The notes under the pieces were generated by a model that saw nothing but the letters and a program-made list of their open reading frames with translations, was not told where the DNA came from and made no database searches. A DNA stretch of 64,000 nt from the NCBI GenBank assembly GCA_020697715.1, contig JAEHCO010000001.1:618139-682138 (forward strand), in the 5' to 3' direction. Source of the DNA: Methanobacteriota archaeon. Its GTDB lineage: Archaea; Thermoplasmatota; Thermoplasmata; SG8-5; JAGLSY01. A program made the translations under genes and the position numbers. Positions within the stretch are counted from its first letter, which is position 1; the number at the start of each line of letters is the position of its first letter. This document shows, piece by piece, positions 42,489 through 51,527 of this stretch.

Positions 42489-43738
42489 CAAACCACCTCT
42501 TCCTTAGTCGCTATGCGGCCAAGCAGAGCGGAAGCCGCCGCAGTCTCTGGAGAAGCCAGATATGTGAATCCCGCTCCTTGCTTTCCAGTGAAATTTCGAT
42601 TGGAGGTGGAAACCTGCACCTGTCCTTCACCGGTCATACCGATCTGACCGGATGCACATCCTCCACATCCGGGATTCGAGATAAGGAAGCCAGCGTCCAT
42701 CAGTGTTTCAAGCACGCCTTCCTTCATAAGTCTGATATAGCCACGCCTTGTAGCTGGAACAACGGAGCCGAATACCCCTGGCTTGATCCTCTTGCCTTTC
42801 ACGACATCGGCAGCTGCCTTGATATCCTCGTACCTGCCATTGGTGCAGGAACCGATGAAGACCGAATCAACTTGTACATCGTTGACTGTTTCAACATCCA
42901 CGACATCGTGGGGTTTTCCAGGTCTTGATATCTGTGGTTTCAAGCCATCGATATCAACGGTCACATTGCCAGAATAAACAGCGTCCGCATCTGGGGCGAT
43001 GCCCTGAACGGGCGAACCACGTGCTTCACCACATTCCTTCAGCACAAGGTCATTTGGCTGGAGAAGGGCGATTATCGAGCTCATCTCGGTCGCCATGGAT
43101 GCCAGTGTTATCCTGCCAGAAAGATCGAGCTTGTCGATCGAAGGCCCGAAGAATTCCTGGGCCTTGCCCAAAGCGGTCTTCGTTCCCAGGGTTCCGACGG
43201 TCTTCAATGTCAGATCCCTTGCAGTGCAATTTGCAGGCAAGTCGCCTTCGACATCGATCCTCACGGTCTCTGGAACCTCGAACCATGTCTTGCCAGCCTT
43301 GAAAACAAAGGCAATGTCCTGATCGCCCATTCCCTGGCCGAAAGCCCCTATGGCCCCAAGGATATTGAGATGGGAATCTGTGCCGACCCCGGTCTCTCCA
43401 GGAGCGAGCAAGCCTTCCTCGATCATTACATGGGAGCCGATACCCGCATCCACATCATACACACGCACATCCTGTTCCTTGGCGTATTTCCTGCATATGT
43501 GTTGATTATTGGCATACGCGATGGTATTGGCCGGCACATTGCAATCGAAGGTGAAGTATGTCTTTGAACGATCATTCACCTTTTCTCCGGGGTAATATGT
43601 GTTCATGTTCTTGACCACATTCGCTCCTCCAAAATCTCTGGCCGATCTCACATCGATACCGATCCATATTATCTTTCCTGGCTCTGCGTCTTCATCAGAA
43701 TGCTGTTGCATTATTTTCTCGATCATGGTTTGACCCAT
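42488..43738 (-). CDS. Aconitase-family (LeuC/HacA-like) dehydratase large subunit
   Basis: GTDSH, FIGSCTNGR, PGCGGC, STSNRNF.G. Confidence 0.92.
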   Translation of the reverse strand: MGQTMIEKIMQQHSDEDAEPGKIIWIGIDVRSARDFGGANVVKNMNTYYPGEKVNDRSKTYFTFDCNVPANTIAYANNQHICRKYAKEQDVRVYDVDAGIGSHVMIEEGLLAPGETGVGTDSHLNILGAIGAFGQGMGDQDIAFVFKAGKTWFEVPETVRIDVEGDLPANCTARDLTLKTVGTLGTKTALGKAQEFFGPSIDKLDLSGRITLASMATEMSSIIALLQPNDLVLKECGEARGSPVQGIAPDADAVYSGNVTVDIDGLKPQISRPGKPHDVVDVETVNDVQVDSVFIGSCTNGRYEDIKAAADVVKGKRIKPGVFGSVVPATRRGYIRLMKEGVLETLMDAGFLISNPGCGGCASGQIGMTGEGQVQVSTSNRNFTGKQGAGFTYLASPETAAASALLGRIATKEEVV

Positions 43739-43982
43739 ATAATGACCTCCTATTCCGAGTTCATTATGCGATATTGTGAATATCACTCAATGAATTCCGA
43801 ACCCTGAAATGAACAGGTTGCTTAATAACTTTACACTGAATGAATTTCACATTTTTGTATATGATCTATCAATAATTCATAAACGAAACTATATTAATCC
43901 AATAAGGGAATGTCCATGTCAAGGGAGTTAAGTGGAATTTATGTATTCCAGATAACTTATAATATATCGGAGGAAAAGAAAA

Positions 43983-45416
43983 ATGATAACTTTTAGTGAC
44001 AAACAGCTGAAAACGCCAAAGATGCAGAGACCCGTGTATCTTGTCACTGGTGGAATGTCCAAGTTCGCAAGGGCATTTCCTGACAAGAGAACCGAGGAAT
44101 TGGTCATTGATGCAATGACAGAGGCAGCGGAGTTCATAAACATGACACCTGCCCAGCTGAAGAAGTACATCCATACTTGCTACTACGGCCATTTCGCTGA
44201 CCATTTTGGCGATCAGCTTCTTGGTGAGTCTGTGATACACGACCGTCTTGGACTTGATCCGCTCGGCAATATAGGTGTGAAGACTGGTGGAGCCACAGGC
44301 GGCTCGACCCTGTGGGAAGCCTACAAGACTGTGGCATCTGGCTACTCGGACTGCACACTGGCTATGGGCTGGGAGAGAATGGATGAAGTGCCAACAGATG
44401 AAGGGAACAATTACATCTCCTTCGCCGCGGACAAGGACTGGGAAACACCAATGGGACACATATACACTGGCTACTACGCGGTCATGGCTCAGAAGTACTG
44501 GCAGGTCTTCGGAAAGGAAGAGGATTCTTTCAGAAGGACCATGGCGGAGATCGCGGTAAAGAATCGCGGCTATGCGAGAATGAACCCACATGCCCAGGGA
44601 CCGATGAAGATAACAGTCGAAGACGTTATCAACTCGCCAGTTGTGGCATATCCATTATTGGCATTGGACTGCTGTCTGATGAGTGTTGGTGCCGCATGCG
44701 GTATACTGGCTGATGAGAAGACAGCATATGAGATGACCGACAATCCATTGAGGATAGACATTGGCGCTGGTAGCCATACCTTGAGGGTGGCTGACAGGCG
44801 GAACATGGAGATACCACTTCTGCCAAATGAGACAAAGGACCAATACGCGGACCTGGCTCAGAGATTCCCTGGAAGCGACAGATACCCTGGATTCACAGGA
44901 TTCCTGGCAGCTAGAGTTGCCGCTCACTATGCTTACAATATGACCGGCATAAAGGATCCGACAGAAGATATGGACCTGGTCGAGTTGCACGATGCTTTCA
45001 CGATAAGTGATATCCAGACATACGAGGATATTGGTATTCGTCCATACGGTGAGGGAAGGACATACGTGGAATCAGGAGACTGTTACCACACCAACCCGAA
45101 CACGGGACAGCCAGGTAAATTACCGGCTAACTTGAGCGGTGGACTTATCGGAAACATGCACTCTGTTGGAGCAACTGGCATCATGCAGGTTCTGGAAGTT
45201 GGACATCATATCTGGAACAGATGGGCAGAGATGCACGGTGATGAGGAGAAATGGGCCAGGTTCGACAGGCAGAAACCAGAGGACTGGATAGATCTACAGG
45301 TCAAGGGCGCGAAGCGCGGTCTGGCCATCAGCCATGCGGGTGTGGGATCACATGTCACATGTACCATCCTTCAAGATCCAAAGCATGTTCTTCCAGGAGG
45401 TATGTTCGATGAGTGA
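43983..45416 (+). CDS. Thiolase-like protein (SCP2/Ltp2 type) lacking the N-terminal catalytic Cys
   Basis: ELHDAF, NLSGGL and HSVGATG motifs; GGATGG where CASG is expected. Confidence 0.82.
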   Translation: MITFSDKQLKTPKMQRPVYLVTGGMSKFARAFPDKRTEELVIDAMTEAAEFINMTPAQLKKYIHTCYYGHFADHFGDQLLGESVIHDRLGLDPLGNIGVKTGGATGGSTLWEAYKTVASGYSDCTLAMGWERMDEVPTDEGNNYISFAADKDWETPMGHIYTGYYAVMAQKYWQVFGKEEDSFRRTMAEIAVKNRGYARMNPHAQGPMKITVEDVINSPVVAYPLLALDCCLMSVGAACGILADEKTAYEMTDNPLRIDIGAGSHTLRVADRRNMEIPLLPNETKDQYADLAQRFPGSDRYPGFTGFLAARVAAHYAYNMTGIKDPTEDMDLVELHDAFTISDIQTYEDIGIRPYGEGRTYVESGDCYHTNPNTGQPGKLPANLSGGLIGNMHSVGATGIMQVLEVGHHIWNRWAEMHGDEEKWARFDRQKPEDWIDLQVKGAKRGLAISHAGVGSHVTCTILQDPKHVLPGGMFDE

Positions 45417-46011
45417 TTGCGACTGCCAGAAAGATAGAGGTACAGTGAAGGTCGTGAATGGAAGATACAAGCCAAGTGGCAAGTTCCATTTCCCACAGCC
45501 AAACACACCCATCAGGAACGAACAGGGTGTGTTGCTGGGTATAACGAATCCACGTGACATCGTCCACATGCATTCGTATGGCGGCGAGGCCATCTTCTTC
45601 GAGAGCCTCGGCAAGGGAAAGCTGATGGCATCCAGGTGCGATAATGCCGATTGCGAGACAACCGGCTCCATCTACATGCCTTTCAGGATACACTGCCCAG
45701 ATTGCCTGTTCAAGAACACTGTCGTGGACATAACCGACAGGGCGAAGGCCAATTCCATCGTGCACTCGTTCATGATCACCGAGAGGACCGGGGCTTTCAA
45801 CACCCTGCCGACACCCATCAAGTTCGTGAACATCGAGTTCGATGGGGTATGCACCATCCTAATGGGTGCATTGGTCAGGGGCGAGCCAAGCATCGGTATG
45901 AAGGTGGTTCCGATATTCAAGACACAGAACCCGGAATACATCATCACCGACATGCTCTGGGTTGCTGATGGAACTCCAGCAACAGATCTTCCAGAAGGAT
46001 ATTCCTTCTGA
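45409..46011 (+). CDS. DUF35 Zn-ribbon/OB-fold partner of the thiolase-like protein
   Basis: FFESL..GKLMASRC...C, PFRIHCPDC, OB-fold; overlaps the thiolase stop. Confidence 0.85.
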   Translation: MSDCDCQKDRGTVKVVNGRYKPSGKFHFPQPNTPIRNEQGVLLGITNPRDIVHMHSYGGEAIFFESLGKGKLMASRCDNADCETTGSIYMPFRIHCPDCLFKNTVVDITDRAKANSIVHSFMITERTGAFNTLPTPIKFVNIEFDGVCTILMGALVRGEPSIGMKVVPIFKTQNPEYIITDMLWVADGTPATDLPEGYSF

Positions 46012-46050
46012 TCGATAAGCAGTAAGCGAACAGAAGAATGCCAGGCGGAA

Positions 46051-46082
46051 ACAAACGCCTGGCTCCCTTTTTACTTTTGATA
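46051..46082 (+). terminator. Hairpin + T-run terminator
   Basis: CCAGGCG-loop-CGCCTGG followed by CTCCCTTTTT. Confidence 0.65.
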
Positions 46083-46333
46083 TTTTACAAACAGAGCATG
46101 AACTATGCAGAGCATTTTCTCTATAATTTGTATGCGGATCAATGTAAGCATGCCTCGTCTGGATTATTCATCAGGGCGAAGCTCGGCTTGCCGAGATTCT
46201 GAAAGCTCAGCTTTGCTGAGATTCAGGGTACTACATTCGATAAATATTCGAGTGACAAATACGGAGTGCTTACTTTTCGAAAACCCTGCCAGGAGCTAAA
46301 CGATGGGCAGGGATGCTCAAAATTAAAAACCAT

Positions 46334-46367
46334 AAAAGGAAAGGGTCGGACGCCCGAAAGCGCCCGA
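46334..46367 (-). terminator. Hairpin terminator of the surface-protein gene
   Basis: Minus strand TCGGGCGC-TTTCGG-GCGTCCGA then CCCTTTCCTTTT. Confidence 0.6.
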
Positions 46368-46390
46368 ATTTTCTATTGTCCATTACCTAC

Positions 46391-48712
46391 TTAATCCATT
46401 GGTGGTGGAGGTGTGTCCTCTACATTATCGGACTGGAAGGATTCCTCAGGTGCGAAAGATGTTTCTGTTTCTATTCCGCCCTTTGGGTTCGCCTTCTTGA
46501 ACTTCTTCACCATTATCACGGTGTAGGCGATCAGGAAGATAGATCCTACCAAGACCAGTATGATCATCGCGTAGTAGAACATACCTACTGTCGATCCTCC
46601 AAAGCCAGTTGACTTCAATGAGACACCATGGGTAACAGTGTCGCTGCTTCCGAAGGAATCTGTGTAGGAAGTTGCGAAGCTCATGACATAGACATGACCG
46701 CTTGACATGTCCTTGTTGGCCTTCATGTCGATCGAAACATCATAGCTCTCACCTGGTGCGAGATCCGGTATGTACATTGGAAGTGCATCGGCTGTTGGAG
46801 CTCGGATGTCACCGTTTATCTCATTTGTCTCTCCGGCGAAGCCGCCTATGTTGGGCATTCCGATAGCGATGTTCCTAGCTGTGTCGTCACCGTTGTTGAC
46901 GATGGTCAAGGTCAATGTGAAGTCAGCACCGTTCTTGATCTCACCTGGAGCCACTGTTGTGATCTCCAGCTTTGGACCGACACCTGAGATGGTCACTCTT
47001 GCATCGAGTGTTGTAGATATTGACTCGCCCATGTCCATGTTAACGCCAGTTATAGTAACTGGAACTGAATGAACACCGGAAGTTGCTCCTGGTGCGAGGT
47101 TCACCATAAGAATGGCTGTAAGTGTGTTACCTGCTGTAAGTGTTCCTGGCAGAATAGCTTCCTCTGAGGAGGTTGATTCTGGATCAACAACATTCAGGAA
47201 TGGTGATGTCGCACTGTTTGTTTCGATGGTGAGAGCCACATTGCTGAAATCGATGTTTCCGAAATTCATAACATCGAGTTCCAGTCCATTATCTATGATC
47301 CTTCCACCAAGTGATAGTGTGTTTGTGCTTGTCAGCATGATATCCATCGTGGTGTCTGTGACATCTATCCAGATGAATGGGCCTTTGACATCGCTTGTGT
47401 CAGAATCGAGTGTGAAGGAATTACCGTCCATGTTCACACGTGGAGCATATTCTGCGCCTGACATTGTCCAGTCAATAGCGGTATTCTTGTAAGTGTCTGT
47501 ATCTGGATCTATGTACATTCCCCAGAACTGGAACATGACCTTGTGCATTCCCTCTGGAATGTAAAGATCGATACCGACATTCATGGTCTCGGAGTGTGTA
47601 CCACCGACTGCTATATTGCCAAGTTCTAACCAGGCATAGCTGACTGTGTGGCCATCTTCCCAGTGGTCTGCTGGCATGTATGTGAAAGCATCACTGGCTG
47701 GGTCAAGCTGAAGCTTGACGTCCAATAGATCCACTGTTCCGACATTCTCAAATGTCAGAGCCCAGGTAGCTAAAGGAGTTCCCTGTGCGAGTGTATCAAC
47801 TGCCACGGTCACTTCCAGCATTGCCAGATGACCGACTATGAAATCGATCTCGCCGTATTCGATACAAGCGACACCGTTCTCGGTCGTGTATGTCAATACG
47901 TAATCCGCATCATAGGCACCGGAGTCTGTTATTGGAGATACGGATACCATGTACCAGAAGTTCTCAGATTCCCAGGAATCGATAGTTCCAATATACATCG
48001 CACTGCTCTCTGTAGCTGTGTCATCGTACCATGTGAAGTCCCCACTTGGGAGATCGATCTCCAAAATTGGATCGACCATACCTTCATCACCTGGCATGTT
48101 GTTATTTGCATTCAAGAGAGCATTGACATTCTTGTTCTTGTCGCCAGGAATAAGACCACCGACATCGTTGATCTGTGCCCTGTACTCGATGTCGAAGAGT
48201 ATGTTACCCTCGATTGTGAAGTCATCTGAGAAAGAAGCACTCTCATTCCAGTAGACGAAAGTAATTGAAAGATTGTATGTTCCTGGTACTGCATCTCCTC
48301 TGATGTCGAAGCTGAACCAGAAGTCATCCCAATCACTGTTGAATATCTGACTATCTGTGTCCACATTGTTTGAAAAGTCCTCGAAAGGAGTTGAAACTGG
48401 GTTGCCATTTTCATCCTCTATATTTGTGTCTATGGTCATCTCACAGTCAATTATAGTGTCGCCGTCATCCTCAGCTACATCCGGGAATCCGCCTACATTC
48501 CAATTCCAAACAGTTACAGAGAAATCAACATCCTCCATACCTGGGAAATAGGGGTCGTTATTATCCAAAGATGTGGATGTTATCTCCACCCCTCTCATAT
48601 CCTGTGGCTCAAATATCTCTTCCGCACCGGCCAATGGTATCAAAGCTGAAAGTCCTGAAAAGACCATAGCTACGACAATTGCCAGTGATAATATCTTTGC
48701 TGTTTTCATCAT
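46391..48712 (-). CDS. Cell-surface/S-layer-domain protein (COG1361-like Ig folds) with C-terminal TM anchor
   Basis: Signal peptide, repeated N.G...A.N / L.PG beta-sandwich motifs, acidic composition, C-terminal TM; start approximate. Confidence 0.75.
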   Translation of the reverse strand: MMKTAKILSLAIVVAMVFSGLSALIPLAGAEEIFEPQDMRGVEITSTSLDNNDPYFPGMEDVDFSVTVWNWNVGGFPDVAEDDGDTIIDCEMTIDTNIEDENGNPVSTPFEDFSNNVDTDSQIFNSDWDDFWFSFDIRGDAVPGTYNLSITFVYWNESASFSDDFTIEGNILFDIEYRAQINDVGGLIPGDKNKNVNALLNANNNMPGDEGMVDPILEIDLPSGDFTWYDDTATESSAMYIGTIDSWESENFWYMVSVSPITDSGAYDADYVLTYTTENGVACIEYGEIDFIVGHLAMLEVTVAVDTLAQGTPLATWALTFENVGTVDLLDVKLQLDPASDAFTYMPADHWEDGHTVSYAWLELGNIAVGGTHSETMNVGIDLYIPEGMHKVMFQFWGMYIDPDTDTYKNTAIDWTMSGAEYAPRVNMDGNSFTLDSDTSDVKGPFIWIDVTDTTMDIMLTSTNTLSLGGRIIDNGLELDVMNFGNIDFSNVALTIETNSATSPFLNVVDPESTSSEEAILPGTLTAGNTLTAILMVNLAPGATSGVHSVPVTITGVNMDMGESISTTLDARVTISGVGPKLEITTVAPGEIKNGADFTLTLTIVNNGDDTARNIAIGMPNIGGFAGETNEINGDIRAPTADALPMYIPDLAPGESYDVSIDMKANKDMSSGHVYVMSFATSYTDSFGSSDTVTHGVSLKSTGFGGSTVGMFYYAMIILVLVGSIFLIAYTVIMVKKFKKANPKGGIETETSFAPEESFQSDNVEDTPPPPMD

Positions 48713-48972
48713 TTTAATCACCTTTATTTTTTCATTATATTTTTTCATATCTCATTCTAATGCAATAAATTTATTTTGCATCCCATTCCTTATTGCTCTT
48801 CAATTTAGCTAAAATCTTACTTATATATAATATTATCGTAAGTTTTTATATATATGTCACACACGAGAGACCTATAGCCAGCATATCTAGAAGAAAGGGA
48901 GGAAACCCAACCCAAGCTGAATATATTTGATAATTCAATAACATTTTATAAGCAGTCCCCAATCACTATCTG

Positions 48973-50247
48973 ATGACCGATTTCCAGAGGCCAAGAGGCA
49001 CGAGGGACTTTCCACCAGAGGAGATGGAGCAAAGGCGCATTGTGGAAGATGGCTTGAGAAAGGTAGCTCGCTCCTTCAATTTCGGAGAGGTCATGACACC
49101 CACTTTCGAGAATACGGAACTTTTCGTGGCCAAGTCTGGCCCCGGTATCATTGATGAGATATACGCTTTCAAGGACAAGGGCGATCGAGAGATATCCCTG
49201 AGGCCGGAATTGACGGCCGCGGTCATGCGGTATTATGTGAAGGAGCTCCACACCAGGCCTAAACCTCTCAAGCTCTACTACATGGGTAATTGCTTCAGAT
49301 ATGAGCGTCCCCAGAAAGGTAGGTATCGAGAATTCTGGCAGTTCGGGGCAGAGATCATCGGCGCACCATCACTGGAGGCAGATGCCGAGGTACTGGCACT
49401 GGCTTATTATTGTGCTGTGGGATCCGGAGCCGTGGTGACCGATATCAGGATCGGCCACTTAGGAGTTATGAAGGCCCTTTTTGAGAAAGCCCAGATCGGG
49501 GATGACCTGCAGGCGGATATACGCCGCTACCTGGACAAGAAGGATTTTGATGGATTGGATGCTTTCTTTGCAGAAAAAGGATTGAGCCCGGAAACACTGG
49601 GCACTCTCACCGAGCTTGTCAATCTTCATGGTAACAGGAATATTCTGGATAAAGCTCAGGAGCTCATGGGCGGAGATTGCGCAGACATCGTTTACCTTAA
49701 AGACCTGGCCAGAAGGCTGAATTCCTATGGGATCCAGGATTCTCAATATTCCATCGACTTGGGAGTTGCCCGAGGTCTGGATTACTACACCGGTATGGTG
49801 TTCGAGATAGATGCTGCGGGTCTTGGAGCCGAGAGCCAGATATGTGGTGGTGGAGCATACTCACTATCTGAGACCTTCGGAGGCCAGCAGATATTCTCAA
49901 CAGGATTTGCCTTTGGATTTGATAGACTTATACTGGCGCGCTCTTCAGATGAAGAAATTATTCCCAAGCTGGATATCTATTTCATTCCAATTTCAGATGA
50001 TGCCAGGCTGAAATGTCTGGAGCTAGCCACCGAGCTCAGGAAGGCCGGGGTATCAGCGGATATCGACCTTCTTGGAAGAAAGGTCGGCAAGGCCTTCGGA
50101 TACGCGGACACCATAGGGGCAAGGACAGCCATCGTGATAGGGGATAAGGAATTAGCCGAGAAAAAGGTCAATGTCAAGGACATGGCGACTGGAGATCAGA
50201 CCCCGGTGGAATTCTCAAGATTACTGGATCATTATCAAAATAAATAA
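48973..50247 (+). CDS. hisS: Histidyl-tRNA synthetase
   Basis: PRGTRD, LRPELTA, FRYERPQKGRYREF, RGLDYYTG. Confidence 0.98.
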   Translation: MTDFQRPRGTRDFPPEEMEQRRIVEDGLRKVARSFNFGEVMTPTFENTELFVAKSGPGIIDEIYAFKDKGDREISLRPELTAAVMRYYVKELHTRPKPLKLYYMGNCFRYERPQKGRYREFWQFGAEIIGAPSLEADAEVLALAYYCAVGSGAVVTDIRIGHLGVMKALFEKAQIGDDLQADIRRYLDKKDFDGLDAFFAEKGLSPETLGTLTELVNLHGNRNILDKAQELMGGDCADIVYLKDLARRLNSYGIQDSQYSIDLGVARGLDYYTGMVFEIDAAGLGAESQICGGGAYSLSETFGGQQIFSTGFAFGFDRLILARSSDEEIIPKLDIYFIPISDDARLKCLELATELRKAGVSADIDLLGRKVGKAFGYADTIGARTAIVIGDKELAEKKVNVKDMATGDQTPVEFSRLLDHYQNK

Positions 50248-50264
50248 ATGAGAGTGAATTGAAC

Positions 50265-51149
50265 ATGAAACTCACACCACTGGCATCTGACTCCATGGGT
50301 GCCAGGGCGATGTGCTTTTTGGTGGAGACGGATGACATTCGGATAGTTATCGACCCAGCTGTCGCGCTTGGCCCGATCAGGTTCGGACTTCCACCACATC
50401 CTAGGGAGCTGGCAAGGTTCGAAGAGCTCCAGAATAGGGTGTTTGAAGAGGTGCGGAAGGCCGATGTCACCACAATTTCCCATTATCATTTTGACCATCA
50501 TGACCCTGAACATCCAGATATATACCAGGGCAAGCGGATGCTGATAAAACATCCGCTTGAAAATATCAATAAAAGCCAGACAAAACGATCCAAGGATTTT
50601 CTGAAGCTAATAGATGGAAAGCCCAAGTCCATCGAGCACGCGGACGGCCAGACCTTCAAGTTCGGAGATACAAAGATCGAATTCTCCGAGGCCCAGGCGC
50701 ATGGTACGAATACCAAGTTGGGGTATGTGATCCAGCTTGCGGTGACTGATGGTGATATGACATTCGTGCACACTTCGGATGTCGAGGGCCCCAGCCTGGA
50801 TGATCAACTGGATTTTATCCTGAAGCAACAGCCGGATGTGCTGGCCTGCGATGGACCAATGACCTACTTGATGTACAAATATGGTAGGGCGGCGCTGGAA
50901 AGATCCATCAACAATCTAAAGAGAATTATCGACGAAACACCTGTCCAACACATGCTTCTGGACCATCATCTGTGTCGGGATGGCAAGTGGCGGGAGAAGA
51001 TGGTGGATGTTATCAAGCACGGGGAAGGGAACGACTGCAAAGTCCAAAGCTTTGCAGAGTATGCTGGCCTTGATGAAAGTCTGCTGGAATCACAGAGGAA
51101 GATACTGCATGAGGAAGAACCTGATGAATTAGGCAATCCTCTTAAATAA
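50265..51149 (+). CDS. Metallo-beta-lactamase-fold hydrolase (UPF0282-like)
   Basis: DSMG.R, SHYHFDH, HTSDVEG, DHHL.RD. Confidence 0.85.
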   Translation: MKLTPLASDSMGARAMCFLVETDDIRIVIDPAVALGPIRFGLPPHPRELARFEELQNRVFEEVRKADVTTISHYHFDHHDPEHPDIYQGKRMLIKHPLENINKSQTKRSKDFLKLIDGKPKSIEHADGQTFKFGDTKIEFSEAQAHGTNTKLGYVIQLAVTDGDMTFVHTSDVEGPSLDDQLDFILKQQPDVLACDGPMTYLMYKYGRAALERSINNLKRIIDETPVQHMLLDHHLCRDGKWREKMVDVIKHGEGNDCKVQSFAEYAGLDESLLESQRKILHEEEPDELGNPLK

Positions 51150-51179
51150 TTTCATGCACTTACACTATTGGGAGTTACA

Positions 51180-51410
51180 ATGTTAACATGCTTTGTTCTA
51201 ATAAACGTGAATGCGAAGATGGAGGACGATGTCTACAATGGCCTGTCGGCCATAAAAGAGGTCGAGGGTATCAGAGAGGTCTTTGGCCAGTATGATATCA
51301 TTTGCCGTGTGGAGGGTAAGAACCTGAAGGCCATACGCAAGACGATCATCAATGATATCCGAAATGTGCCTGGCATCACGGCCACCACCTCGCTCATGAC
51401 AGCGGAATAA
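51180..51410 (+). CDS. Stand-alone Lrp/AsnC ligand-binding (RAM) domain protein
   Basis: FVLIN, VFGQYDII, IRNVPGI..T.S. Confidence 0.88.
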   Translation: MLTCFVLINVNAKMEDDVYNGLSAIKEVEGIREVFGQYDIICRVEGKNLKAIRKTIINDIRNVPGITATTSLMTAE

Positions 51411-51527
51411 GCCAGTTGGAGCTGTTTCTGGCTTCTCGATGACATAATATCGGTAATGATTCACTCTTAACTAACATAATATTTTATATCACATTATATA
51501 TCACTTTCAAAGCCAGTAGGGGATACT

